64,000 bases of DNA from Candidatus Dormiibacterota bacterium (GCA_963830305.1 CAWHLW010000004.1:154303-218302), one strand, 5' to 3'; positions 1-9,854 are shown, counted from the stretch's first letter. Translations and numbers: made by a program. The notes: a model not told the origin generated them from the letters alone.

Positions 1-52
1 CCTCAACCTCTGCACCTCGACGACTGCGCACGGTCATTTCGCCCGCGCTGAG

Positions 53-814
53 TTGCTCGACGGCATACGCAATCGCGGTCTCGAGCATGGCGTCCAGCGT
101 GTGCACGTGCGCCTGCCCCTCGACCATCCGCTCCTGCCGGTCTTCCTCGAGCACGGCTACGCGCAGTTCGCGACCGAGCAGATCCTCTACCGCGACCAGG
201 CCACCGACGAACCTGAGCCGTCGGTGAGATCCACGCTCATCCGTCCGGCGCGTCGCGATGACATCGGGGCGATCTACCTGCTGTATCTGCGCACGACGCC
301 ATCACAGGTGGCCGCAGTCGAAGGTCCCTCGCTGAAGACGTGGCAGGCTGGATACGCGCAGGGCCTCATCGCGGGCATGGGCCGCGATAACGTCCGTCAC
401 CTGGTCGTCGAGCGGCCGGGAATCGTCGCCTGGGCAGCGATCCGCCCGCCGACGGCAGCGCAGCCGGCGAGCCTCAGCATGATGGTCGAGGGCCATGATC
501 CCGGATTGCGTGATGCGATCATCGATGCGGTGCTTGCGGAGCTGCCATCAGGACCTGCCTCCTGCGTGCTCCGCCACTACAACTCCGAGCTGATCCGGGC
601 ACTCCAGCAGCGCGGTTTCGCCGTGTACGGCACGCAATTGCTGCTGATCAGCGAGCTCGGTGAGAAAGTGCGCATCAATGCACCCTCGCGGCGCAAGAAA
701 CCTGTGCTGATCCATGCAGGGATCGCACGCAGCGTTCCATCGAGCTCGCCGTCCGCCCCACTCCGCGTCCTGTCAACGACCACACCGAGGAGACAGAGAT
801 CGTCGTCCAGATGA
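53..814 (+). CDS. GNAT-family N-acetyltransferase-like protein (TTG start; frame open to window edge, may be 5'-partial)
   Basis: GNAT-like motif IRPARRDDIGAIYLLY and C-terminal LRHYNSELIRALQQRGF. Frame has no stop from nt 2. Stop TGA 812-814 overlaps the next ATG (ATGA). Confidence 0.45.
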   Translation: MLDGIRNRGLEHGVQRVHVRLPLDHPLLPVFLEHGYAQFATEQILYRDQATDEPEPSVRSTLIRPARRDDIGAIYLLYLRTTPSQVAAVEGPSLKTWQAGYAQGLIAGMGRDNVRHLVVERPGIVAWAAIRPPTAAQPASLSMMVEGHDPGLRDAIIDAVLAELPSGPASCVLRHYNSELIRALQQRGFAVYGTQLLLISELGEKVRINAPSRRKKPVLIHAGIARSVPSSSPSAPLRVLSTTTPRRQRSSSR

Positions 815-2484
815 TGCCCTACGGATCCTCATGGGAAGAGGAGCTCAACCTCCTCTTCGCAGCGCTCCCGCCTCACATCGCGTCTGCCGCCCGTCGTCTC
901 TCTCAGGGACGAGGCGATCTCCTCGAGATCGTGCTCGACCTCGGTCGCGAGCCCGAGGCGCGCTTCACCGACGGTGAGGCGATCCTCAACTCAGCAAATG
1001 TCGGCAACGCCGAGATCGACTATGTCACGGAGCACGTCGGCCTCTTTGGTGACGACAACCGCGCGGGAATCGAGCGCACCCTGCACCGCATCAGCGCCAT
1101 CCGTAATCGCAAAGGCACGATCGTCGGGCTCACCTGCCGGGTCGGGCGCGCGGTCACGGGGACCATCGACATCATCAAGGACATGGTCATCAGCGGCCAG
1201 TCGATCCTGCTGCTCGGACCGCCTGGTATCGGTAAGACCACGATGCTGCGCGAATGCGCGCGCGTGCTCAGCGATGAGTGCGGCAAGCGTGTGGTCATCG
1301 TCGACACGTCGAACGAGATTGCCGGTGACGGCGATATCCCTCACCCGGGCATCGGGCGTTCGCGCCGTATGCAGGTCAGGACGCCGGCACTGCAGCACGC
1401 GGTGATGATCGAGGCTGTTGAGAACCATATGCCGCAGTGCATCGTCATCGACGAGATCGGCACTGAGCTGGAGGCCGTCGCTGCGAGGACGATCGCCGAG
1501 CGCGGCGTGCAGCTCGTCGGCACGGCACATGGATCCAACATCGATTCGCTGCTCGTGAACCCGACACTCAACGACCTGCTCGGCGGCATCCAGACCGTGA
1601 CCCTCTCCGACGAGGAGGCGCGGCGCCGCGGGACGCAGAAGTCGGTGCTCGAGCGCAAATCGCCGCCCACGTTCGATGTCCTCATCGAGATTCAGGAGCG
1701 CGATCGCGTGGTTGTGCACGCGCCACTTGCGGAGACCGTCGACGAGGCGCTTCGCGGGAGGGTTCGCCCGCCACAATTGCGCACCCGCGACGATGCGGGC
1801 GCGATTGTGAGCCGCGTCGATACCAGCGCCGCTGCGACCAGGCCGTCGCCCTTCGAGCCGGCGCCATTCCCCGGCGGCGGAAGGGGCGGCAGGCGGACCC
1901 GCGAGCGCCGCCGGCGCTTCGACGTCGACGAGTACATCGCCGGACAGCAGCGTCGCGAACGCGAGTGGGAACCGCCGGCGCCGGCGGTCCGCCCCGGACC
2001 ACCGCTCTCGATCTTTCCGTATGGAGTCTCACGCAACTACCTTGAGCAATCGCTCCGAGAGATGCGCCTGCCCGTCCGCATCCAGCACCACGTCGACGAC
2101 GCCGACCTCGTCCTCACCTTGAAGAACTACTACCGGCGCCACGACTCGCCGGTGCGTGCCGCGGAGTCGTCGGGCATCCCAATTCACGTGCTGCGCAGCA
2201 ATACGGTGGCGCAGATCAAGGGAGCGCTCGCCCGTGTGTATGGCGTCGACGCGCCCGTCCAAGAGCCGGATGACGAACCGGAAGGAGACACCGAGCCCGC
2301 GATGCAGGACGTGCTCGAGGGGATCGAGCAGATGCAACGAACCGGTAACGACGTCGAGCTCACGCCGCAAAATGCATACGTGCGCAGGCTGCAGCACCAA
2401 CTCGTCGAACAGCACGCGCTCACCGCGCGCAGCACTGGTGACGAACCCAACCGCCAACTCGTCATACTGCGACCCTCGGAATAA
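811..2484 (+). CDS. AAA+ ATPase with C-terminal R3H nucleic-acid-binding domain (Ycf45/SpoIIIAA-like)
   Basis: Walker A LLLGPPGIGKTTMLRE, Walker B CIVIDEIGT. C-terminal R3H-like NAYVRRLQHQLVEQHALTARSTGDEPNRQLVI. 557 aa. Confidence 0.7.
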   Translation: MMPYGSSWEEELNLLFAALPPHIASAARRLSQGRGDLLEIVLDLGREPEARFTDGEAILNSANVGNAEIDYVTEHVGLFGDDNRAGIERTLHRISAIRNRKGTIVGLTCRVGRAVTGTIDIIKDMVISGQSILLLGPPGIGKTTMLRECARVLSDECGKRVVIVDTSNEIAGDGDIPHPGIGRSRRMQVRTPALQHAVMIEAVENHMPQCIVIDEIGTELEAVAARTIAERGVQLVGTAHGSNIDSLLVNPTLNDLLGGIQTVTLSDEEARRRGTQKSVLERKSPPTFDVLIEIQERDRVVVHAPLAETVDEALRGRVRPPQLRTRDDAGAIVSRVDTSAAATRPSPFEPAPFPGGGRGGRRTRERRRRFDVDEYIAGQQRREREWEPPAPAVRPGPPLSIFPYGVSRNYLEQSLREMRLPVRIQHHVDDADLVLTLKNYYRRHDSPVRAAESSGIPIHVLRSNTVAQIKGALARVYGVDAPVQEPDDEPEGDTEPAMQDVLEGIEQMQRTGNDVELTPQNAYVRRLQHQLVEQHALTARSTGDEPNRQLVILRPSE

Positions 2485-2527
2485 GCTGTTCGGGCGAGGG
2501 GTCCGACGGCGGGGGAGTTTGATTGAC

Positions 2528-3205
2528 ATGGGCGCGTGGCGCGGCTTCTTCATCTCGTTCGAAGGGCTTGATGGTGCAGGCAAGAGCACCCAGGTCGCGT
2601 CCCTTGCGGGCGCCCTTCGCCAGCAGGGTCATGACGTCGTCACAGTGCGGCCGGACGAGACTCCGCTCGGCGAGATCCTGCACAGCTTCGTGCTTCAGCA
2701 TCAGCGGGGACCGGCGCTCGAAGCGTGGGCCGAAGCGCTGCTTTTCACCGCAGAGCGCGTGCAGCTGCTGCACGAGACGATCCTCCCCGCGCTCAGGCGT
2801 GGAAGCGTTGTGATCGCCGACCGATACGCTGATTCGACGATCGCGTACCAGGGCGGCGGACGCGGTATCCCCACAGCCGATCTGCTCAGGCTGCACGCGG
2901 CTGCATGCGGCGACGTCTGGCCCGATCTGACCATCTACCTCGCGATACCCGCCGCCAGCGCGGCGCAGCGGCAGCGCGCCCAGCAGCTCCCGCTCGATCG
3001 CTTCGAGGTCGCGCCTGAGACGTTCCACGCCGCCGTTGAGGGCGCGTTCGAACAACTTGCGGCGGAGCATCCACGCCGGTTCGTGCGCATCGACGCCACC
3101 CGCCCCGCAATCCTCGTCTCGCGCGACGTCGAGAAGGTGATCGTGCAGCGTCTCCCTGCGGCGGCACCGAACGCACCGCAGCTGAGGTCGGCGAACAGCC
3201 TCTGA
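2528..3205 (+). CDS. tmk: thymidylate kinase
   Basis: P-loop FISFEGLDGAGKST, DRY-like VIADRYADSTIAYQGGGRG, typical Tmk length ~225 aa. Confidence 0.85.
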   Translation: MGAWRGFFISFEGLDGAGKSTQVASLAGALRQQGHDVVTVRPDETPLGEILHSFVLQHQRGPALEAWAEALLFTAERVQLLHETILPALRRGSVVIADRYADSTIAYQGGGRGIPTADLLRLHAAACGDVWPDLTIYLAIPAASAAQRQRAQQLPLDRFEVAPETFHAAVEGAFEQLAAEHPRRFVRIDATRPAILVSRDVEKVIVQRLPAAAPNAPQLRSANSL

Positions 3206-3240
3206 CCCGCGCCGCTACGGGAGCGGGTCTGATCCCTCGC
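3206..3240. terminator. candidate bidirectional hairpin between convergent tmk and the minus-strand hypothetical gene
   Basis: GACCCGC-gccgctacggga-GCGGGTC perfect 7-bp inverted repeat directly after the tmk stop. No U-tract, as is usual in high-GC genomes. Confidence 0.35.
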
Positions 3241-3901
3241 TGATGTCGAGGACCACGTCGGCCGCCGGTACAACGCGTTCGACACGGCTTCCGGCGAGAT
3301 GCACGCGCACACCCGGAATCCCCGGAGCGCCCGGATCCCACCCGAGCGCGTGGAGCTCTCGTGCCTCTCCCCAGGTTCGCGCCTGGCGTTGCTGGCGACC
3401 ATCGGTGAATGTCATGGTGCCGGGCCTCGTCGCGAAGCCGAAGCCGACCTCGCCACCGGTGCTGAGGAATGCGTGCACATCGGTGAGCACCGTCGTGGCG
3501 TCGAAGAGCTCCTCGCTGCTCGCCAGCGCCGCGGCCAGGCTCGGCATGCCGCCGGACTTCGCAGCTTCGCGGACTCCCGCACGCTGCGCCACCTGCTGTG
3601 CCCGCTCGCGCCTGCGCCGCTCGGTGGCCAGCTCCGTGGCGCGCATACGGATCTCGCGGAGATGCTGTTCGTACGGCGCCATCGCCGCGATGGTGGCGCG
3701 CTCGGCGGACTGTATCCCGGCACCGATAGCGTCGAGACCCTCGTCGCTCAACTCACGAAGCGCGTCGGGCTCGACCTTGTCGCCGAGCGGGGGAAGCTCC
3801 ACCCCTGGGCACTCTACTCGCCGCCCTGCAGCGCATCGCGGCGCGTGCGCCTCCATTTGCTGTATGACGCATCCAGCCATCATCGAAAACGAGGGAGGCA
3901 C
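3215..3901 (-). CDS. hypothetical protein (coiled-coil-like N-region; true start probably an internal Met/Val, since the annotated start lies 5 bp from the divergent ECH start)
   Basis: Long ORF with protein-like C-terminal region TFTDGRQQRQARTWGEARELHALGWDPGAPGIPGVRVHLAGSRVERVVPAADVVLDIS. No recognisable family. Confidence 0.4.
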   Translation of the reverse strand: MPPSFSMMAGCVIQQMEAHAPRCAAGRRVECPGVELPPLGDKVEPDALRELSDEGLDAIGAGIQSAERATIAAMAPYEQHLREIRMRATELATERRRRERAQQVAQRAGVREAAKSGGMPSLAAALASSEELFDATTVLTDVHAFLSTGGEVGFGFATRPGTMTFTDGRQQRQARTWGEARELHALGWDPGAPGIPGVRVHLAGSRVERVVPAADVVLDISEGSDPLP

Positions 3902-3906
3902 TGCTC

Positions 3907-4680
3907 GTGGGTCAGGTTCTTCACGACGCCGTCCGCGTCGAGCGCGAAGGTGCGGTGGTCACCCTCACCATCGACCATCCCCCGGCAAACGCGGTGAACG
4001 GCGACGTCGTCAACGGCCTCGCTGAAGGGCTCGCGAGTGCCGAGGCGGACGAGTCGTGCCGCGCGCTGGTCATCACAGGAAACGGGCCCAAGTTCTTCTC
4101 CGCGGGCGCGGACATCACCGGCTTCGGCGCCGGCGCCGATGCGATCGGCAAGGCCACCGATCTGACCCTCCTGTTCGAGGCTTCGCGCCTCCCGGTCATC
4201 GCGGCCGTCAACGGCATCGCGTTCGGGGGTGGCTGCGAGCTCACGCTGGCATGCGACATCCGCATCGCGGCCCGTACCGCTCGCTTCGGCCAGCCGGAGA
4301 TCAAGCTCGGCATCATCCCCGGCTGGGGTGGCACCCAGCGCCTGCCGCGGCTGATTGGCACGGCCCGCGCGGCCGAGCTGCTGCTCACCGGTGATCCGAT
4401 CGACGCGGACCGCGCGCTGGCGATCGGGCTGGTTGCGGAGGTCGTCGAGCCCGACGAACTGCCCACCGCCGCGCAGCGTTGGGGTGAGCTGCTTGCCTCG
4501 AGGGCGCCGCTCGCTCTTGCCGCCACCAAGCGAGCCATGCGAGCTGGCGCGCAACTTCCGATTGCGGAGGCATTGAAGGTGGAGCGCAGCGAGTTCGTCG
4601 CGCTCTTCGCAACGGATGACGCCAAGGAGGGGATCGCGGCCTTCATGCAGAAACGCCCGCCGGAGTGGAAGGGGCGCTAG
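3907..4680 (+). CDS. enoyl-CoA hydratase/isomerase (crotonase family)
   Basis: Crotonase fold motifs ALVITGNGPKFFSAGADI, AAVNGIAFGGGCELTLACDIRIA, KLGIIPGWGGTQRL. Confidence 0.9.
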   Translation: MGQVLHDAVRVEREGAVVTLTIDHPPANAVNGDVVNGLAEGLASAEADESCRALVITGNGPKFFSAGADITGFGAGADAIGKATDLTLLFEASRLPVIAAVNGIAFGGGCELTLACDIRIAARTARFGQPEIKLGIIPGWGGTQRLPRLIGTARAAELLLTGDPIDADRALAIGLVAEVVEPDELPTAAQRWGELLASRAPLALAATKRAMRAGAQLPIAEALKVERSEFVALFATDDAKEGIAAFMQKRPPEWKGR

Positions 4681-6881
4681 TGTCCGCGGCCGTAACCGCG
4701 ATCATCAGCCCGATCGCGCTGGTCCTGCTCGCCGGCGCGTCGCTGACTGCGAGCGTCTTGCGCTGGCGAAAGCTGCTCGGTTTGATGCAGCGCTCCACGC
4801 GCAGTGAGAGTCGCCTCGATCACCCGCTGGCGCGTGTGCGGGCCTTCTTCGTCTACGTGATGGCCCAAGGGCGGCTGCTCAGGTGGCCGCTTGCGGGTGT
4901 GCTGCACGCCTTCATCTTCTGGGGCTTCCTCGTCCTGCTGACCGCGATCGCCCAGGGCATCGTCGAGGCGCTCTGGCAGGGATTCCAGTTCCAACAGCTG
5001 CCGGGGAGCGGAGCGATCGCGTTCCTGCAGGACCTCTTCTTCCTCGTGGTCATCTGTGGGATCGCCCTGGCGCTCTACAACCGGCTGGTCATCAACCCGA
5101 CGCGTTTTCGGGGAAGTCACCGCGGTGACGCCATCCTCATCCTCGCGTGGATCGGTGCGCTGCTCATCTGCATGGAGCTCAACTACGCCACGCGAATCGC
5201 CGAAGGCGCGCCCGAGGCGCTCGGTCAGTGGCGGCCCGTCGCGTCAGCGCTCGCAAGCATCTTCCGCCCGCTCGGCTCAAGCAGCGAGGCGCTCATCGTC
5301 CTGCACGGCATCTTCTTCTGGACGCATCTGACTCTCGTGTTCGGATTCCTCGTCTACCTCGGCTACAGCAAGCACCTGCACATCATCACGTCGGTTCCCA
5401 ACGTCTTCTTCAAGAGCGAGCGACCGAAAGGAGCATTGCGCACCCTCGATATCGAGGCCGTGATGAACGCAGAGAGCGAGGCCGACCAGCACTTCGGCGC
5501 GGGCGCACTCGAGCACTTCTCATGGAAGGACACGCTCGATCTCTACACGTGCACGGAGTGCGGACGCTGCCAGACGCATTGCCCTGCATACAACACGGGC
5601 AAACCGCTGTCGCCAAAGACGCTCATCACCGACCTGCGCGACCTCGCATACGAGAACCTCGCCGGCGGATACGCGGCCACCAGACACGATGCGCACGTTG
5701 CGCAGGACGCAAAGGCCAACGACGGTGGGGCGAACGACGGCGCGCCCATGTGGACCAGCGGGGACCATCACCCCGGCACGGAGCACGATCTGCCCGGGCA
5801 CTTTCAACCGTCATGGTTGTCGCCGGAGCAGGTGGCGGCAGCGGTGCCCAATGACGGACCACGTCCGTTGATCGGCGGCACGATCCTCGAGGAGACACTC
5901 TGGTCGTGCACGACCTGTGGCGCATGCATGGATCAATGCCCTGTCCTCATCGAGCACGTTCCCAAGATCATGGACATGCGCCGCCACCTCGTCCTCGATG
6001 AGTCGCGCCTGCCCAGGCAGGCGGAATCGGCGCTGCGCAACATCGAGAATGTCGCCAACCCGTACGGGCTGTCGCATCAGTCACGAGCGGACTGGGCAAA
6101 GGACCTCGGTGTTTCCTTCATCGCTGACAAGCCCGACGCCGAGTACCTCTACTGGGTCGGCTGCGCGGCGTCATTCGACGAGCGTGCCAGGACGATCGCA
6201 GCTGCACTCTCCAAGATCCTGCAGGCGGCCGGTGTGGACTTCGCCATCCTGGGCACCGAGGAGAAATGCACCGGTGATCCCGCACGCAGGATCGGCAATG
6301 AGTATCTGTTCCAGGAACGTGCAAAGGAGAACGTCGAGGTGTTGAAGCGCCATAACGTTCGCAAGATCATCGCGTCGTGCCCGCACTGCTTCAATACATT
6401 CGCCAACGAATACGGCGACTTCGGGGGCGACTACGAGGTCATCCACCACACCCAGCTGATCGATCGGCTGCTCAAGGAAGGACGGATCACGCTCGACGCC
6501 GCCAAGGCGCAGGAAGAGACCATCACGTATCACAACTCCTGCTATCTGGGACGCTGGAACGACATCTTCGCCCCGCCTCGCGAGATCCTCGAACGCATCC
6601 CCGGGCTCAAGGTCGTGGAGATGGCTCGCAGCAAGAGCGAGGGGATGTGCTGCGGCGCAGGCGGCGGCAGGATGTGGATGGAGGAGGATCAGCCTCGGGT
6701 GAACCACCGCAGGGTGGATCAGGCGGTGGACACGCACGCCACCAAGGTCGCGACCGCATGCCCGTTCTGTCTCGCCATGTTCGATGAGGGGATCTCAGCC
6801 AAGCAGATCGGTGGCACGCTCGCGGTGGACGACGTCGCTGTTTACGTGGCTCGGGCGCTCAAAGATCCCGCTACGGACTGA
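4680..6881 (+). CDS. membrane-anchored Fe-S oxidoreductase: N-terminal multi-TM domain plus 2x[4Fe-4S] ferredoxin plus two CCG domains (HdrD/GlpC-like; Rv0338c/EtfD-like)
   Basis: GTG 4680 overlaps the ECH TAG. About 250 aa of hydrophobic helices, then CTECGRCQTHCP and CTTCGACMDQCP clusters and CCG motifs (CPHCFNTF, CCGAGGG, CPFCLAMF). 733 aa. Confidence 0.8.
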   Translation: MSAAVTAIISPIALVLLAGASLTASVLRWRKLLGLMQRSTRSESRLDHPLARVRAFFVYVMAQGRLLRWPLAGVLHAFIFWGFLVLLTAIAQGIVEALWQGFQFQQLPGSGAIAFLQDLFFLVVICGIALALYNRLVINPTRFRGSHRGDAILILAWIGALLICMELNYATRIAEGAPEALGQWRPVASALASIFRPLGSSSEALIVLHGIFFWTHLTLVFGFLVYLGYSKHLHIITSVPNVFFKSERPKGALRTLDIEAVMNAESEADQHFGAGALEHFSWKDTLDLYTCTECGRCQTHCPAYNTGKPLSPKTLITDLRDLAYENLAGGYAATRHDAHVAQDAKANDGGANDGAPMWTSGDHHPGTEHDLPGHFQPSWLSPEQVAAAVPNDGPRPLIGGTILEETLWSCTTCGACMDQCPVLIEHVPKIMDMRRHLVLDESRLPRQAESALRNIENVANPYGLSHQSRADWAKDLGVSFIADKPDAEYLYWVGCAASFDERARTIAAALSKILQAAGVDFAILGTEEKCTGDPARRIGNEYLFQERAKENVEVLKRHNVRKIIASCPHCFNTFANEYGDFGGDYEVIHHTQLIDRLLKEGRITLDAAKAQEETITYHNSCYLGRWNDIFAPPREILERIPGLKVVEMARSKSEGMCCGAGGGRMWMEEDQPRVNHRRVDQAVDTHATKVATACPFCLAMFDEGISAKQIGGTLAVDDVAVYVARALKDPATD

Positions 6882-6912
6882 CCGGGCATCCCGGCTGAGT
6901 CAGACCCCGTCC

Positions 6913-7092
6913 TCAGATCGGGCGGGGCACCCGCTGGTTCTGCAATGTCTGAAAGCGCGCCCCGCAATCTGCGCACTTGAAGCCGGGCTGGTCGTATCCG
7001 GTCTGGCGGTCCCCGAAGGTCAGCGGCACCAACCGCGTGCTCTCACACCGCGCGCACGGCGGATCCACCGGCAGCCGGAGGTTTTGAGGCAT
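6913..7092 (-). CDS. small zinc-ribbon protein (59 aa, 2x CxxC)
   Basis: Translation MPQNLRLPVDPPCARCESTRLVPLTFGDRQTGYDQPGFKCADCGARFQTLQNQRVPRPI. Below the cutoff of the ORF track; found by reading the EtfD-SCP2 gap. Confidence 0.3.
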   Translation of the reverse strand: MPQNLRLPVDPPCARCESTRLVPLTFGDRQTGYDQPGFKCADCGARFQTLQNQRVPRPI

Positions 7093-7193
7093 GGCTAGAG
7101 GATGGCAGGTCTACGAAGGTGGCGCATCGGCGAGCGGGCAGGGCACACTTGGCTGCCCGGCGGCATCCGGGTATCCGTCCAAGGAGGCAGACA

Positions 7194-7628
7194 GTGGCAG
7201 ACGCCGAAGTGGTCGACGCGTACAGTCCCGAATGGGCCGAAGCTTTCAAGGCCGAGATCAACAGGTCACCGGTGTACAAGCAGGCCGCTGCTGGTTGGGA
7301 GGGCACCGTCGGCCTGGTCGTCCTCGCCGAGCCTGACAAGAATTTCCCCGAGGATCGAGGCGTCTTTCTCGATCTCTGGCACGGCGAGGCCCGCGACGTC
7401 CGGGTCGGGACCCGTGAGGATGCTCAGCAGGCCAAGTTCGTCATCACCGGCGCCTATTCGCGCTGGAAGCAGGTGGCGCAGAAGGAGCTCGACGCAACCA
7501 AGGGAATCATGCTCGGCCGCCTGAAGCTGAAAGGTGATTTCCCGACCATCGTGCGCTACACCAAAGCCTCGCAGGAGCTGACCAACTGCACCACTCGAGT
7601 GCCGGTCCGGTGGCCGGACGAGGCGTGA
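7194..7628 (+). CDS. SCP2 sterol-carrier domain protein
   Basis: GTG 7194 with AAGGAGG 7 nt upstream. SCP2-like C-terminal KGIMLGRLKLKGDFPTIVRYTKASQ. Confidence 0.65.
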   Translation: MADAEVVDAYSPEWAEAFKAEINRSPVYKQAAAGWEGTVGLVVLAEPDKNFPEDRGVFLDLWHGEARDVRVGTREDAQQAKFVITGAYSRWKQVAQKELDATKGIMLGRLKLKGDFPTIVRYTKASQELTNCTTRVPVRWPDEA

Positions 7629-7632
7629 GCGG

Positions 7633-8550
7633 ATGAGTCCCCGGCGAGCCGCGAGCGGCGATGAGGGTCGCCTGCTCGTCGTCGGGGCTGGGACCATGGG
7701 AGCGCAGATCGCTCAGCAAGCCGCCCTGAGTGGGATCGACGTCTCGCTCGTCGACGTCGACGCGGAGCATCTGCAGCGTGCCATGGCGTCGAACCGTCAG
7801 TGGCTCGACCGCCGGGTCGAGAAAGGCCGGCTCGAACGCGCCGACGCCGACGGCGCTGGAAGCCGGGTGACGCCAACCACGGACCTGGCAAGCGCGGCAT
7901 CGGAGTCTGCGTGGGCCATCGAAGCGGTGGTGGAGCTGCCATCGGTGAAGCGAGAGATCTTCGCCGAGCTCGATGCCCATCTCCCGGCACGCGCCGGCAT
8001 CGCCACCAACTCGAGCAACATCGTGGTGTCGAGACTCGCGGATGCGACGGCGCGTCCAGAGCTCTGCTGCAACATGCACTTCTTTCACCCGGTGCTGGTC
8101 ATGGACCTGTGCGAGGTGGTGCGCGGGCCGGAGACCTCAGACGAGACGTGCGCTCGCGCGGTCGCATGGTCGAAACGGATGGGACGGACGCCGATCCTCG
8201 TTGAGAAGGAGATCGACGGTTTCATCGTCAACCGGATTCTCGGATCCGCCTCGCGCGAGGCGTTCTCGCTCCTCCAGGGTGGGGTCGCTTCCGCGGAGGA
8301 CATCGACATCGCGGTCCGCAAAGGGCTCAACTGGCCGATGGGCCCATTTCAACTTGCGGACTTCTCCGGCCTCGACACGGTCCTGACCATCCGCCGGGAC
8401 CGCATGGAGCGCGATCATGCTCCGGGCGATGTCGCCACCGTTGCGATCCTCGAGCGCATGGTGGGTGCGGGTCGGCTCGGGCGCAAGAGCGGTCGCGGCT
8501 TCTACGACTACGCGGTCGACCCGCCGGCCCCGCTGCCGCCGCCGGACTGA
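7633..8550 (+). CDS. 3-hydroxyacyl-CoA (3-hydroxybutyryl-CoA) dehydrogenase
   Basis: Rossmann LLVVGAGTMGAQIA. Conserved NSSNI, HFFHPV, EVVRGPETSDET, GRGFYDY. Confidence 0.9.
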   Translation: MSPRRAASGDEGRLLVVGAGTMGAQIAQQAALSGIDVSLVDVDAEHLQRAMASNRQWLDRRVEKGRLERADADGAGSRVTPTTDLASAASESAWAIEAVVELPSVKREIFAELDAHLPARAGIATNSSNIVVSRLADATARPELCCNMHFFHPVLVMDLCEVVRGPETSDETCARAVAWSKRMGRTPILVEKEIDGFIVNRILGSASREAFSLLQGGVASAEDIDIAVRKGLNWPMGPFQLADFSGLDTVLTIRRDRMERDHAPGDVATVAILERMVGAGRLGRKSGRGFYDYAVDPPAPLPPPD

Positions 8551-9785
8551 GCCAGGGCAACCCGAGCTGGCCGCCCGGCCGGGGTCCTCGCGGCCGGGAT
8601 CCGCAGCGCCGCGACCCCGATGCCGATCAGCGCGAGCGGCACGAGCCTGCCAGGAGGGGCCGGTGCCGAGTTGCCGGTGTCGACGAGCGTCAGCACACCC
8701 AATGCCGCCCATGCGGCCATGACGCGAATGCTCAGGAGACCCGGCCAGGACGCCGCCTCAGTGGCAGCGGCGCGGGCCATGCACCATGCGAACGCCGGCG
8801 CCAGGATCACGAGGTCGTGGGGCAGAAGGTGGGGTGATGCCGCGAGGGAGAGCGCGGCTGCACCTGCAAGCGAGACCTCGACCGCTCCCGGGTTGCCACG
8901 TGAGCGCGACCCGAGGACCGCGCAGCCTGCGAGCGCGACCAGGGATCCCGCCAGCCCGATGACCACGGGCGCGGCGCCGCTCCCGAGCCAGGACGCGACC
9001 AGTCCGGGGATGCCGAGCGTGCTCGCGCCCGGTGTGTTGCCTGCTGCGAACCCCAGGGCTGACACGAACCCCGCGAGACCTGCGGGCCCAACCAGGATCA
9101 GGGAGACGCCGGCAACGACCGCACAGCCGGCCACCGCGCCGCCGAGCGCTCGCCAGTCGCGCCTCGCGATCAGCCAGATGCCGAGCCCGATTGCGAGGTG
9201 GGGCTTGGTCGCAGCGAAGGCAAGGGCCAGCCAGAACCCCGCGGCCGCGGATCGCTCCTTCCGCCAGGCGGCGTAGGCGAGCGCGAGGCCGAAGGCGGGG
9301 AAGCCGTCGATCTGGCCGAGGAGAAGAAACGCGTACGTTCCTCCGGCGGCCAGTCCCATGAGCAACGTGGCCGTTCGAATCGATCGCCCGGCAGCGGTGG
9401 GCCAGGGGCCGGCGCGGATCGCCACCCACACCGCGAGCGCCAGGAGGAGGAGCTCGACGAGCGACCACACCCGGAACGCGGTGCCCGGATCGAGCGCGGT
9501 GAACGGGAGCGCCAGCAGGGCTGTGGTCGGTGGTGTGATGAACGGCAGGTTGATGACCGTGCCGGCCGGAAGCACCGTCAGGTGGCGCGCGTGCTCGGCG
9601 GACTGGTCATAGAGCTCGCCGCTGTCGCCGCTTCGCACCAGGAGTGCCGCCACATATGAGGCGGAGAAGTCGGTGCCTCGTTCGCGCAGCGGGGTCACCT
9701 GGGCCCAGGCGATCGCGTAATACGCGAGAAGGACGGTGCTCACGGCGGCCGCGATGGCGACCGCGCGACGGGTTCTCACGGCCAC
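8508..9785 (-). CDS. polytopic membrane protein, DUF2029 / GT87-like glycosyltransferase
   Basis: About 10 predicted TM helices, Ala/Leu/Gly-rich. The hydrophobic-block pattern resembles GT87 mannosyltransferases. 3' end overlaps HBD convergently by ~40 bp. Confidence 0.5.
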   Translation of the reverse strand: MAVRTRRAVAIAAAVSTVLLAYYAIAWAQVTPLRERGTDFSASYVAALLVRSGDSGELYDQSAEHARHLTVLPAGTVINLPFITPPTTALLALPFTALDPGTAFRVWSLVELLLLALAVWVAIRAGPWPTAAGRSIRTATLLMGLAAGGTYAFLLLGQIDGFPAFGLALAYAAWRKERSAAAGFWLALAFAATKPHLAIGLGIWLIARRDWRALGGAVAGCAVVAGVSLILVGPAGLAGFVSALGFAAGNTPGASTLGIPGLVASWLGSGAAPVVIGLAGSLVALAGCAVLGSRSRGNPGAVEVSLAGAAALSLAASPHLLPHDLVILAPAFAWCMARAAATEAASWPGLLSIRVMAAWAALGVLTLVDTGNSAPAPPGRLVPLALIGIGVAALRIPAARTPAGRPARVALAQSGGGSGAGGSTA

Positions 9786-9854
9786 TGGACGCTAGCATCG
9801 AGTTCCCGGAAGCGAACACGGCGTTGCCGTATTGCTTCCTATACTCGGCCGAAG

